The position numbers and the translations under genes were made by a program. Positions 28,657 to 39,758 of a DNA stretch of 41,783 nt are shown piece by piece (the stretch's first letter is position 1; each line of letters begins with the position of its first letter). Below the pieces are notes generated by a model that did not search any database, was not told the DNA's origin, and worked only from the letters and a program-made list of their open reading frames with translations. This DNA is from Betaproteobacteria bacterium (GTDB lineage Bacteria > Pseudomonadota > Gammaproteobacteria > Burkholderiales > SG8-41). Where the stretch lies: positions 1 through 41,783 of the forward strand of contig JACPEF010000099.1 of the NCBI GenBank assembly GCA_016183675.1. Reading direction: 5' to 3'.

Positions 28657-30767
28657 ACGCCCGGGCCGATTTCATTCGGATAATGGAAACTCGCGAAGGC
28701 GTCGAGCAGCTCCATCTGCGACCGGGATGTTTCGATGGTGATGACATCGGCATCCATCTCGGCGACGGAATCGATGATGTCGTTGAACTCCGAGTAGCAC
28801 ATATGGGTATGGATCTGAGTCTCGTCAGCCACCCCGGAGGAGGCCAAGCGGAATACATCCACCGCCCAACGTAGATAATCCTTCCACTCCGCCTTGCGCA
28901 ACGGCAGCCCCTCGCGGATGGCCGGCTCGTCGATCTGGATGATACGGATGCCGGCTTTTTCGAGGTCGCACACTTCATCACGGATCGCCAGAGCGATCTG
29001 TTTCGCCGTGATCGAACGCGGCTGATCGTCCCGTACAGATGACCACTGCAGGATCGTGACCGGCCCGGTGAGCATTCCTTTGACGGGCTTCGCGGTCAAC
29101 GACTGCGCGTATTGCGACCATTTCACGGTCATCGGCGCTCGGCGTTCCACGTCGCCATAGATGATGGGCGGCTTGACGCAGCGTGAACCGTAGCTCTGCA
29201 CCCAACCGTTTGCGGTGAACGCGAACCCCTCCAGAAGCTCGCCGAAGTATTCCACCATGTCGTTGCGCTCGAACTCGCCGTGCACCAGCACGTCCAGACC
29301 GACGTCCTCCTGCCAGCGGATGGCTTGCTCGGTCTCCCTGCGAATTGCCCCCTCGTACTGTTCTTGCGTCAATTCACCCTTGCGGAAGCGGAGCCTGAGT
29401 TTTCGTACTTCATCGGTTTGCGGGAAGGAGCCGATTGTGGTTGTGGGATATAAGGGCAAATTGAGGAGCGCGTGCTGTTTTGCCTGGCGCACGCTAAAAG
29501 GGCTTTGGCGGCTGAGATCGCCGGGAAGAACAGTTGCAAGACGCTGCTTCACGGCCGGCTTATGGATCAAAACCGACTGGCGGCGGCTTTCCATGTCGAG
29601 TAGGTTCTCCTTGAGCTCGTTCGAATGTTGTCTGTGAGAGTCGGACTGTGCCAGTTCCTTGAGAGTGACGACTTCATCCAGTTTTTGTCGGGCAAACGCC
29701 AGCCAACGCTTGATCTCGCCAGGCAGCGCTACCTCGTTGTTTTCGATGGTGAGGTCACAGGGCGCATGCAGCAGCGAACAGGAAGGCGCCAGCGCCACTC
29801 GCTCGCTGCCGAGCATTTCCACGGCCTTGGCGATCAGCGCCAAGGAATGGACGAAATCGTTTTTCCACACGTTGCGGCCATCCACGACCCCGAGCGAGAG
29901 GCCCAACTCGGGCGGAATTAAAGACAGCACGGCGTCCAGTTGCGCCGGCGCCCTGGCCAGGTCCAGATGCAGGAAGCTCACCGGAAGACTCGCGGCAAGC
30001 CTGGTGTTATCGTCGAGTCCCGCAAAATAGGTGGCAAGAATGATCTTGAGTTCAGGACACGCCTTTGCAATCTCGGCATAGGCCGATACGTAGCCGTGCT
30101 TAGCTTTGTCCTGCAAATCCAGCGCGAGAAAGGGTTCGTCGATCTGGACATATTTCGCGCCTAGATCTTGAAGTTCGCCGAGGATTTGCAAGTAAACCGG
30201 CAGAAGCCGGTCGAGCAAATCGAGGCGGTTGAAGCCCGGTTCTTTCTCCTTACCCAGAAGCAGATAACTCACCGGTCCGATCAAAACGGGTTTTGCATTA
30301 AAGCCAAGCGATCGTGCCTCCTGAAACTCATCCAAAGCCTTCCGTGAAGTGAGGCTGAATGTCTGATCTTTCGTGAACTCAGGGACCAAGTAGTGGTAGT
30401 TGGTGTCGAACCACTTGGTCATCTCCATGGCGATGAGATCGAGACCGTCTTTCTGATAGCCCCGCGCCATGGCGAAGTACAAATCCAACTCTGAACTATC
30501 GGATTTTTCAAGCAGCGGCCGGTAACGCGCGGGGATCGCGCCGACCATGAGCGAGAGATCGAGCACATGGTCATAAAACGGGAAATCGTTGCAGGGGATT
30601 AAATCGATGTCCGACTCGCGCTGGAGCTGCCAGTTATTCCGGCGGATGGCCCGGGCAGCCTCCAGGAGTTCATCACGGCTGATCCGGGAAGACCAGTAAT
30701 CTTCGCAGGCTCTCTTGAGTTCTCTGTGGCTACCAATACGCGGATAGCCGAGGTTGTGCGTAAGCAT
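28461..30767 (-). CDS. metE: Cobalamin-independent methionine synthase
   Basis: LGYPRIG..RELK, EMTKWFDTNYHY, TTTIGSFPQT, HGEFERNDMVEYF; Zn ligands in HMCYSE and NPDCGLKTR. Confidence 0.97.
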   Translation of the reverse strand: MLTHNLGYPRIGSHRELKRACEDYWSSRISRDELLEAARAIRRNNWQLQRESDIDLIPCNDFPFYDHVLDLSLMVGAIPARYRPLLEKSDSSELDLYFAMARGYQKDGLDLIAMEMTKWFDTNYHYLVPEFTKDQTFSLTSRKALDEFQEARSLGFNAKPVLIGPVSYLLLGKEKEPGFNRLDLLDRLLPVYLQILGELQDLGAKYVQIDEPFLALDLQDKAKHGYVSAYAEIAKACPELKIILATYFAGLDDNTRLAASLPVSFLHLDLARAPAQLDAVLSLIPPELGLSLGVVDGRNVWKNDFVHSLALIAKAVEMLGSERVALAPSCSLLHAPCDLTIENNEVALPGEIKRWLAFARQKLDEVVTLKELAQSDSHRQHSNELKENLLDMESRRQSVLIHKPAVKQRLATVLPGDLSRQSPFSVRQAKQHALLNLPLYPTTTIGSFPQTDEVRKLRLRFRKGELTQEQYEGAIRRETEQAIRWQEDVGLDVLVHGEFERNDMVEYFGELLEGFAFTANGWVQSYGSRCVKPPIIYGDVERRAPMTVKWSQYAQSLTAKPVKGMLTGPVTILQWSSVRDDQPRSITAKQIALAIRDEVCDLEKAGIRIIQIDEPAIREGLPLRKAEWKDYLRWAVDVFRLASSGVADETQIHTHMCYSEFNDIIDSVAEMDADVITIETSRSQMELLDAFASFHYPNEIGPGVYDIHSPRVPTEKEMCTLLRRARAVLPPRNLWVNPDCGLKTRRWPETRVALANMVAAAKALREQL

Positions 30768-30909
30768 GTGCACTTTTCCTTTCACAGGTTGACTCTATCG
30801 AGAACATAGCGATCCCGCCACGGAAAGAGGAAAGGCGAACACGCCCCGCGACCGCAGGCGCAAAGAGTCCACCCGACTGAGCCTCAGACCGCGGAAGCAT
30901 CGCCGTGGT

Positions 30910-31075
30910 GGATAAGGTAGGTCTCCTGGCTTGTAACACTTTCGCCACCCTTCCCATTCCGTTGCCGAAACAGTGGGTATTGCCGGCGAAAGCTTATGTG
31001 TTACTCACAGTTGCGCGACAGCTCGTGATTTGCACACGATTCCCTGCTACTTCGCGTAAAGCCAAACCTTATCCG
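30910..31075 (-). ncRNA. Cobalamin riboswitch
   Basis: Minus strand reads GGATAAGGT..AGGGAATCGTGTGCAAATCACGAGCTGTCGCGCAACTGT..CCACTG..TGGGAAGG..AAGCCAGGAGACCTACCTTATCC (B12 box, P1 pairing), upstream of metE. Confidence 0.92.
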
Positions 31076-31143
31076 TGGATAAAAATCCAAGACGAAGAAT
31101 AGCGGTTTATCGTGCTTGTGTATAGCTTTCGGTCGCCTGCAAC

Positions 31144-31264
31144 CTAACCGGTCCCGGCCTTCTCCGCCCGGCTCGCGGAGGGCGTCGAGCACCGCGTTGT
31201 CAATGAAAATGGAAATGCGCGTTTTCCCTTTCTGGGGAATGACCGCGCCGCGTTTACCTTTCGA
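31144..31264 (-). pseudogene. BrnA-family antitoxin fragment
   Basis: SKGKRGAVIPQKGKTRISIFIDNAVLDALRE, then after a 1-nt shift RAEKAGTG-stop. No start codon and no toxin gene. Confidence 0.7.
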
Positions 31265-31305
31265 TTTCTCTTGGTCTCTTGGGGTCGGAGTACTATTATT
31301 GGGCG

Positions 31306-31608
31306 CTAATGTCGAGCAGTAAATTCATCAGGCCATCCAGGAAATTTTTGCTTCATTTCGTCAACCAGTTGCCACAAGGATTGACGCAGGCTGCACGGAA
31401 AGGGCGAACCAAAGTAGAACTCAAGCCGTCTCCGACACTCCGTTTCATCATGAGACGTCGCATCCAGCAATGTGGACTCGTCCGAGAGAAAGATCGGTTG
31501 GTACTCGGGATCGGGCTCAACGATATTAAAGATCAAGCGGACCTCCCGTTCACGATCCTCAATCTCGGTGGTTTCCGCAAACTCAATTTTCTTCCGTCGT
31601 AAATCCAT
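31306..31608 (-). CDS. Hypothetical protein (100 aa, lower GC)
   Basis: ORF fills the spacer and has natural-looking composition; no family recognised. Confidence 0.55.
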   Translation of the reverse strand: MDLRRKKIEFAETTEIEDREREVRLIFNIVEPDPEYQPIFLSDESTLLDATSHDETECRRRLEFYFGSPFPCSLRQSLWQLVDEMKQKFPGWPDEFTARH

Positions 31609-31668
31609 GTGGTCGCTTAAACGAACCTGCTCGATGCTGTCCGTGTTGTCGTTTCCTAATTGATTCGT

Positions 31669-32199
31669 TCAGGCGGTCAGCTGGCGCACCATCTGGTCCA
31701 CGTATTTCAGCGTGAGCGCCCGCATCTCGTCGGGCGTGAGGTTGCTGACCGGATGCGGCAGCTCGATGTAAGGGTGCCCGTCCATGCCCTTGCTCCGGAA
31801 CTGATGCACCGCCGCGTTCTTGAAGACCTGCGTAAGGAACACCGTGGCGGGGATGCCGCGCTTCTCGAATTCCACCGTGTCGTGCACACTGCACAACGTG
31901 CAGGACCCTCACCCGCCGAGGGCAGCCGCGGCCACCTGCACCTCCTTCGCCATCTCGTTCAGCAGCTCGTCGGTCGCCGGCCGCGAAAAGTATTCCTTGC
32001 GCCGGATGATGACTTTCGCGACCCCGTAGCGTTCGCGCAGGACGTCCGCGACGGTTTCCAGGATCACGTCGGCCTGCTCCTTGGTGTTGTCGAGCAATCC
32101 CACCACCTTGCCCGCGAGGTCCATGGGGCGCGGCGCCAGCACGATTTTTGCCCTCGCCCCGCCGGCGGTGGGATCGATGAATCCAATTTCGCTCGTCAT
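31669..32199 (-). CDS. UGSC-family selenoprotein (in-frame UGA at 31909-31911)
   Basis: ORFs 31909..32262 and 31669..31896 share a frame. Read-through gives ALGG-U-GSCTLCSVHD..EKRGIPA; also GLLDNTK and PHPV. GGGAGG RBS before ATG 32199. Confidence 0.88.
31879..31906 (-). promoter_or_regulatory. Candidate bacterial SECIS hairpin
   Basis: Just 3' of the UGA: GTC-C-TGCAC-GTTGTGCAGT-GTGCA-C-GAC can form a stem-loop. Confidence 0.5.
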
Positions 32200-32216
32200 G
32201 CTACCTCCCAAATAAA

Positions 32217-32286
32217 GTGACGAGGTGACGAAGTGACGAAAGACAAGCCGCTGCCCCGTCACTGCGTCACTGCTTCACTGCGTCAC
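32217..32286. repeat. Octamer tandem/inverted repeat (GTGACGAR / CGTCACTG)
   Basis: Same family recurs at 33306-33335 and 39715-39744. Confidence 0.85.
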
Positions 32287-33293
32287 ACCTCGTAAGTGCC
32301 ATGGACGGCGCGGCTGGTCTCGTTCCAGCCGTGGCACACGGCGGTGATCGGTCCGATGCCCCCCGCGACGATGAGATGCAGGCGCTGCGGGTCCTTCACG
32401 GCCGCGATGAGGGCATTATCGTCGTCCGGGTCGATGCCCATCGCGCGTGCCCGCTCGCGACGCCAGTTGCCGCCGCGCTTCAGACTCGCCTGCCGGCGCA
32501 CGGCAAGCTCGCTCAGGCGCTCGATCACATCCGCGCGGCTCATGCCCGCGGTTGCGCACAGCTTCGCATGCTGCGGGCTCATGGCGACCACCATGTCGGA
32601 GACGAACCACATGTTCCACGAGCCCGGCGCGGTCATGGCGTCGCCGATGCCGGTGAGCAGCCGCTCCGGGTCCGTGCTGGCGTCGTCGAAGTGCAGACGG
32701 GGGTTTTCGGCCATGGCGCAAGTGATCACGTTGTCCTGCGGCGCGTAGCCGCGCGAGATGGCGAGGCTTTCCCACGGGCTCGACGCCATGTTCTCGGTGA
32801 GGCAGGCGGTATAGCGTATGGGCGAGCTGAAAATCGTCGCAGAGGCGCGCCCCGAGATGCCGCCGCCGAGGTTGAGCAAGATCAGCCGGATCGCGCGGCC
32901 GATCGTGGCGTTGGCGCGGAATCCCGGCCCGAAGCAGCCATTGCCGCCGTGCAATCCGATTCTCTCCGCGTACGGACCGTTGACGATCATGAGCGGTGCG
33001 ACGCCGTGCATCGTGCACTGCACGCCGCCCATGTTGAATTCCTCACGCAGGATGAGCTTCGCTCCGCCGAGCACCACTGGCAGATACTCGGGCTTGCATC
33101 CCGCCATCAGCGCGTGGATGGCAACGGTGCGCACGGTGGCGGCCTCCATGGCCGGAGGAATGGCACCCACCACCTCGTCAGGATCGCGGCGCGTGCCCCC
33201 GAGCATCCACCGCACGCGCGCCTCGGTCGGGGTGACGACAGGGAAGCCGTCCGTCCAGTCCTTCTCGAGAAAGAACTCGAACTCGTCAACCAT
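32283..33293 (-). CDS. Conserved hypothetical protein of the type that accompanies UGSC proteins
   Basis: WTDGFPVVTPTEARV..ML, A.MAGCKPEYLPVV, IVNGP, RANATIGRAIRL. Start 33293 or 33311. Confidence 0.8.
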   Translation of the reverse strand: MVDEFEFFLEKDWTDGFPVVTPTEARVRWMLGGTRRDPDEVVGAIPPAMEAATVRTVAIHALMAGCKPEYLPVVLGGAKLILREEFNMGGVQCTMHGVAPLMIVNGPYAERIGLHGGNGCFGPGFRANATIGRAIRLILLNLGGGISGRASATIFSSPIRYTACLTENMASSPWESLAISRGYAPQDNVITCAMAENPRLHFDDASTDPERLLTGIGDAMTAPGSWNMWFVSDMVVAMSPQHAKLCATAGMSRADVIERLSELAVRRQASLKRGGNWRRERARAMGIDPDDDNALIAAVKDPQRLHLIVAGGIGPITAVCHGWNETSRAVHGTYEV

Positions 33294-33305
33294 CGCAGGC
33301 GATCC

Positions 33306-33335
33306 CGTCACTTCGTCACCTCGTCACTGCGTCAC
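33306..33335. repeat. Octamer tandem repeat (CGTCACYK)
   Basis: Read directly. Confidence 0.8.
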
Positions 33336-33337
33336 CT

Positions 33338-34687
33338 TCACAAGGCAAAATCGAGCGTGCTGAAATCCTCCACCTTCTCCACCTCCGCGAGCTGCGCGAA
33401 CAGCCGCTCCGCCTTCGCGCGATCGCGGTGCGCAACCAGCTTCAGGAACTTCTCGCGAAGCTCTTCGCGGGTGAGCGGCTTGGCCGGCATGCCCTTGAAG
33501 TCCTGCGCTTCGACGCTCACTTCCCTCCCGTCCTTGAGGTTGAGCGTCACGCGGCTCGCCAGCGCGGTGTCGCCGGGTGCGGCCTTACGCAGTTCAACCC
33601 GCGCGCTCTTCGCCAGCGCCCGTATCTTCGGGTCTTTGAGGCTCGCCTCGGAGAATGAGCGCGGGTCCATGGGGTCGAGGTAGAGCGCGAGCGCGGTGCA
33701 GAAGGGCGTGCTGTACTGTGCCATCGCCAGGTCCTGCGGATCGTTGATCGCGTGGTGGCTCACCATTTTTTCGCCGCCTGCGATCCGAACCTGGGCGACG
33801 TCGTCGCCCGAAAGCCCGTGCCTGGCCTTGAGCTCGAGCGCCAGCGTGACGGGCACGTGCGCGGTGATGTGGCAGGCGTAGCGTTTGATCGTGGTCTTGA
33901 GCGCGTGCCACTCCGCGCCCAGCGCGCGCGTGAGACGGTCCGGCTCCGCGTCGCGGCAGAAGGCGTTGAGAAAGCCGAATTTCCCTTCCAGCACGCTGTC
34001 GGGCCCGGTGTAGCCGTCGCGCGCGAGCACCGCCGCCATGAATCCTCCCTCCGCGGCGCGCCCGAGATGCAGGCGCTTCACCATGCCGCCGCCGGAGCGC
34101 GAGAACTCGAGCAGGCCCGAGCAGAGGGACCCTGCGATGCCGAGCGCGTTAGCCATGCCCTTCGCGTCGAGCCCCATCAGCCTGCCCACCACGACCGCGC
34201 CCCCGAACACGCCCGTCAGCCCCGGCGCGTGGAAGCCGAGCTTCTCGCTGGAGTGGCGGCCCGCGTCTCCGATCCGGTACAGGACCTCGTAGCCCGCGAC
34301 CATCGCCGTGATGAGATCCTTGCCGCTTTTCTTGCGGCCCTGTGAAACGGCGAGCCCCGGCACGACGAGCGAGGCGCCGGGATGGACCCCCACGCTGGGC
34401 TGGCACAGGCAGTCGAGCTCGAAGGCGTGCGCGAGCGCACCGTTGCACAGGGAGGCAAACGGGGCGCGCACCTTGATGTCCGTCCCCAGCACGCTGCACT
34501 CGCCCGGCGCGCTGTTGCGCTGCGCATAACCGATCACGATCCTGCTCCAGGGAAGCTCCGCGCCGAAGACGCAAGCCCCGACCGTATCAATCAGGCAGTC
34601 CTTCGCGCGCTCGAGGACCTTGGGCGGTATGCGGTCATAGTTCAGGCCGACGGCGAACTCAGCCAAAAGATGACTTGCGGTCCGCAT
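33338..34687 (-). CDS. MmgE/PrpD family protein
   Basis: NGALAHAFELD..HPG, GYEV, GFH..G, KRLHLG, EGKFGF, KRYACH. Confidence 0.92.
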   Translation of the reverse strand: MRTASHLLAEFAVGLNYDRIPPKVLERAKDCLIDTVGACVFGAELPWSRIVIGYAQRNSAPGECSVLGTDIKVRAPFASLCNGALAHAFELDCLCQPSVGVHPGASLVVPGLAVSQGRKKSGKDLITAMVAGYEVLYRIGDAGRHSSEKLGFHAPGLTGVFGGAVVVGRLMGLDAKGMANALGIAGSLCSGLLEFSRSGGGMVKRLHLGRAAEGGFMAAVLARDGYTGPDSVLEGKFGFLNAFCRDAEPDRLTRALGAEWHALKTTIKRYACHITAHVPVTLALELKARHGLSGDDVAQVRIAGGEKMVSHHAINDPQDLAMAQYSTPFCTALALYLDPMDPRSFSEASLKDPKIRALAKSARVELRKAAPGDTALASRVTLNLKDGREVSVEAQDFKGMPAKPLTREELREKFLKLVAHRDRAKAERLFAQLAEVEKVEDFSTLDFAL

Positions 34688-34688
34688 T

Positions 34689-35681
34689 TTAGCGGTTGAC
34701 CCCCAGTTTCGATTGCTTGATCACCTTGGACCATTTAGCAATTTCCAACTTGATCAATGCGCCGAACGCCTGCGACGTGCCGCCCACCGCCTCCGATCCG
34801 CCTGACAGGAAGAACTGCTTCGCCTTCGGCAGATCGAGAACGGCGTTGACGTCCCGGTTGACCCGCTCGATGCGTGCGCGCGGCACGCCACGTGGCGCAA
34901 GCATACCGCTCCATTGTATGACTTCATATTGTGGAACTCCGGCCTCCTGCATGGTCGGAACATCCGGCATGCCATCGGCGCGTTTGGCGGTGCTGACGGC
35001 CAATGGACGCAGCCGCCCCGCCCGGACGTCACTCGCCGCCGCCAGCATGTTGCCGAAATTGACCTGCACCTGTCCGCCGATCAGCGCGGTGCGCGCCGGG
35101 CCGCCGCCCCGGTACGGCACGTGGACCATGTCCGTTCCGGTGAGGAGCTTGAACAGCTCCCCGGCGAGATGACTGATCGTGCCTTCGCCCGACGAAGCGA
35201 AGTTGATCTTGCCCGGCTGCGCTTTCGCCAGGCTGATCAGGTCCTGAACCGATCTCGCCGGCACGGCGGGATGCACAACCAGGATCAACGGGACGTTCGC
35301 GATGTGGACCACGGCGTCGAAATCCCGGATCGGGTCAAAACGCACCTTGTTCACCAGCGGGTTGATCACGATCGTGCTGGCGGTCGCCATCAGCAGGGTA
35401 TAGCCGTCCGGAGCCGCCTGGGCGGCGAGCTCGGTGCCGATTGCGCCCCCGGCGCCACCCCGGTTGTCGACGACCACCGCCTGGCCAAGACGCTCCGTAA
35501 GGATCTGGCCTACAAAGCGCGCCGCGACATCGGCGCCGCCGCCGGGAGGAAACGGCTGGATCAGGCGAATCGGACGATATGGGTAGCGCTCGGCCGGCGC
35601 CTGGCACCAGGCCGACGACGCCGCGACGCCCAGGATCGCGGCCGCGGCCATCGTTGCCGCCCCGTGCATTCTGCAGTCCAT
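34689..35681 (-). CDS. Bug/TctC substrate-binding protein
   Basis: YPYRPIRLIQPFPPGGGAD, NRGGAGGAIG, PDGYTL, HVPYRGG. Confidence 0.92.
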   Translation of the reverse strand: MDCRMHGAATMAAAAILGVAASSAWCQAPAERYPYRPIRLIQPFPPGGGADVAARFVGQILTERLGQAVVVDNRGGAGGAIGTELAAQAAPDGYTLLMATASTIVINPLVNKVRFDPIRDFDAVVHIANVPLILVVHPAVPARSVQDLISLAKAQPGKINFASSGEGTISHLAGELFKLLTGTDMVHVPYRGGGPARTALIGGQVQVNFGNMLAAASDVRAGRLRPLAVSTAKRADGMPDVPTMQEAGVPQYEVIQWSGMLAPRGVPRARIERVNRDVNAVLDLPKAKQFFLSGGSEAVGGTSQAFGALIKLEIAKWSKVIKQSKLGVNR

Positions 35682-35703
35682 CTGTCACCTCCTCGCTAGC
35701 CGC

Positions 35704-37047
35704 TTACCGTGCGCCTTCCAGTTCCGCCATCAGATCCTTGACGCTTGCCACCGCATCGAGCCGTTTCATCAGACGTTCGAGCCGCCGCGCCTTCGCCTCC
35801 CCGAAGCGGGGTGTAACCAGGCCGTGAAACTTCGTGTCGAGCTCCGACGCGTCCATCGGCCGGTGCCGCACTTCCTCGGACAACGTATGTCCTGCGCGCG
35901 TCTTGATGGTCACGATCGCACGGTGGCCGGCCTGCAGATCCGTCCAGTCTTCGCGCCCGACGAACTTGACACGGCCCCGCATGTCGCGTGCCGCGGCATC
36001 CATGGCCCCTTCGGCATCGTGCAGGCGGTAAAAATCGAGTTTTCCGTGCGCCGCCGCGATGGCGCATACCGAAAGCGCCGAAATTGAGGCGTGGCGCGTC
36101 GTCGGGACCCGTTTCAGGCCGCGAGCCGGTATCTGCACCTCGATCTCGGCGATATCGTCGGGCCGCACCGTGTGTTTCTTCATCAGGCCGAAGAGGCCCT
36201 GCAGGTACGCCTGGTTCGGGCTGCCCGCCGGATAGCGCTTGTGCATCACATCGGTGATCGCGTAATAGCCGCCCAGGTCCTTCAGCATCTCAGCGCCGGC
36301 GTCGGGCTTCGCGACGAATGCGTCGAACAATCCCTGCTCCCCGTCGAGAATGTCGAGCGGCACGTAGCAACCCGTTTCGGCCAGCAAGGCCGCGGTCACG
36401 CCGTTGCGGTTCGCGGCGCCGACCTGGAAGGTCTTGCCCATATGGGCGGAGTCCTTGGTCATGTTGTCCGGGCCGGCCGCCTGATAGGCGGCGAGACCGA
36501 GCGCTGCCTGCATCTGGATGCGGTTAAGTCCGAGCAAGGCGCCTGCAGCAACCGCCGAGGTGATGTTCGCCGCGACGGCAGTATGGTAGAAGCGCCGCTG
36601 CGTGTAATCGCGCTCGCGGTAGAGGATCGTCATGAGCCTGCCGCCGACTTCGTACCCGAGGACGATTGCCCGCAGCACGTCCGCACCGCTTGAACCGAGC
36701 CACTCACCGACCGCGAGCGCCGTAGGCACAGGACCGGCGGCTACGTGCCCACCGGCCGAAGTCCGGTGCACCGGATCGACTTCGTCGCCGTGGGCCATGG
36801 CGCCGTTCGCCATCGCCGCGTTGACCACGCTCGTCAACTCGGAACGGCCGATGACGGTGCACTCCGGCGTTCCACCCATTCGCTGCACGAAGGCGACGAT
36901 GGATGCCACCTCGGGCAGGGCCGAGCACGCGACCATCCCGCCCACCGAATCGAATGCGACATCGACGGCCTTCTGCTGCACCGGGCCGGGAAACCCGGCC
37001 CAACGCGCCTGGCACAGCCAGTCGGCGAGCGTCTCCGTGACCGTCAT
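35704..37047 (-). CDS. MmgE/PrpD family protein (divergent)
   Basis: NGAMAHGDEVDPVH...GH, GYEVGGR, KTFQVG, KRYPAG. Confidence 0.88.
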   Translation of the reverse strand: MTVTETLADWLCQARWAGFPGPVQQKAVDVAFDSVGGMVACSALPEVASIVAFVQRMGGTPECTVIGRSELTSVVNAAMANGAMAHGDEVDPVHRTSAGGHVAAGPVPTALAVGEWLGSSGADVLRAIVLGYEVGGRLMTILYRERDYTQRRFYHTAVAANITSAVAAGALLGLNRIQMQAALGLAAYQAAGPDNMTKDSAHMGKTFQVGAANRNGVTAALLAETGCYVPLDILDGEQGLFDAFVAKPDAGAEMLKDLGGYYAITDVMHKRYPAGSPNQAYLQGLFGLMKKHTVRPDDIAEIEVQIPARGLKRVPTTRHASISALSVCAIAAAHGKLDFYRLHDAEGAMDAAARDMRGRVKFVGREDWTDLQAGHRAIVTIKTRAGHTLSEEVRHRPMDASELDTKFHGLVTPRFGEAKARRLERLMKRLDAVASVKDLMAELEGAR

Positions 37048-37132
37048 CGCCGTCCGTCGGAAGACATCACGCCCTGCCGCCCGCCTCCCCGAGCGCGGCG
37101 GAATCGACGAGGCAGGGGCGCACCGGAACTCC

Positions 37133-38170
37133 TCATTTCGCGAGTTTCAACTCGGCAAGAATTTTCCGGTACTCGGCGTGCCGCATTCCGAGGTACTGGA
37201 GGCTGTCGGCGCTGTTCAGGTAGGAGCCTTGCCATTCGTTCGCGGCCAGTTCCTTCTTCCACTCGTCGCTTTTCGCGAGCTTCCCGAACACGGCGTCCCA
37301 GTACCGCAACTGCTGCGCGCTCAGCCCCTTGGCGGCGATGAACATGCGGTAGCTCGGCATCACCGCGTCGTAACCCTGCTCCTTCCAGGTCGGCACGTCC
37401 GCGAATTTTCCGGTCACGCGTCTCGGCGCCGCGACGGCGATGAGGCGTATCCTTCCCGAATCCAGCACCGGCAGATAGGTGGACATCGGCGTCGCCACCA
37501 CGTCCACGTGGCCACCCATGAGCGCGCTGGTAGCCTCGATCGACGCCTTGTAGATCACGACCTTGATCTTGCTCACATCGACGCCGGCCGCTTTCATCGC
37601 CAACGCGACGCCGATGTGGTTGGCGTTGCCGCGGCTGGTCCCGAACGCGAACGTAACCGACTCCGGCGCGCTCTTCACGCGGGCGACGAGATCGTTCCCG
37701 GTCCTGAACGGGCCGTCCGCCTGGGTGGCAAAGCCGATGTATTCCCCGTAGAGCACGCTCACCGCAGTGAAGTGGGTGTAATTGAGCGGGCTCACGCCCA
37801 GAATATGGTTGGTGAGCAGCGTCGCCGTGGCGGTCGCCAGATAGTGGCCGTCTCCCGGGAACTGGTTGAGATAGATATAGGCGATGTTGCCGCCGCCGCC
37901 CGGCTTGTTCAGGATCGTCACCGTCGTCGGCACCAGCCCGTCCTGCATGATTTTCTGGATGATCCTGGCGGTGCGGTCCTGCCCGCCGCCCACGCCTCCG
38001 GGAATGATGAGCTCGACGTTCTTCGCGGGCTTCCACCCTTGGGCAGCGGTAGGCGCCGCCGCGAGCGGCGCGATCGCGACCAACAGGACCAAGGCACGCC
38101 CTGCCGCGCGCACGAGCCTGTGCGCGCGCTCGGGACCGAAGACGACTGGCGGCCCGTTAGGGAAGATCAC
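37133..38170 (-). CDS. TctC-type substrate-binding protein (start uncertain)
   Basis: WKPAKNVELIIPGGVGGGQDRTAR, NKPGGGG, VPTWKEQG. Confidence 0.88.
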   Translation of the reverse strand: MIFPNGPPVVFGPERAHRLVRAAGRALVLLVAIAPLAAAPTAAQGWKPAKNVELIIPGGVGGGQDRTARIIQKIMQDGLVPTTVTILNKPGGGGNIAYIYLNQFPGDGHYLATATATLLTNHILGVSPLNYTHFTAVSVLYGEYIGFATQADGPFRTGNDLVARVKSAPESVTFAFGTSRGNANHIGVALAMKAAGVDVSKIKVVIYKASIEATSALMGGHVDVVATPMSTYLPVLDSGRIRLIAVAAPRRVTGKFADVPTWKEQGYDAVMPSYRMFIAAKGLSAQQLRYWDAVFGKLAKSDEWKKELAANEWQGSYLNSADSLQYLGMRHAEYRKILAELKLAK

Positions 38171-38183
38171 GGCCCGATTCTAG

Positions 38184-39638
<1,455 letters not shown>

Positions 39639-39651
39639 CAGCAAGACCTCT

Positions 39652-39744
39652 CACCGCAGAGGACGCGGAGGACGCAGAGGAACATCAGAAAGAGAACCGG
39701 GGCATTTCCTTAGTCGTCACTGCGTCACTTCGTCACCTCGTCAC
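39652..39744. repeat. 9-mer (CGCRGAGGA) array and octamer (CGTCACYK) array
   Basis: Read directly after the purB stop. Confidence 0.8.
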
Positions 39745-39758
39745 GCTTTATCAGAATA

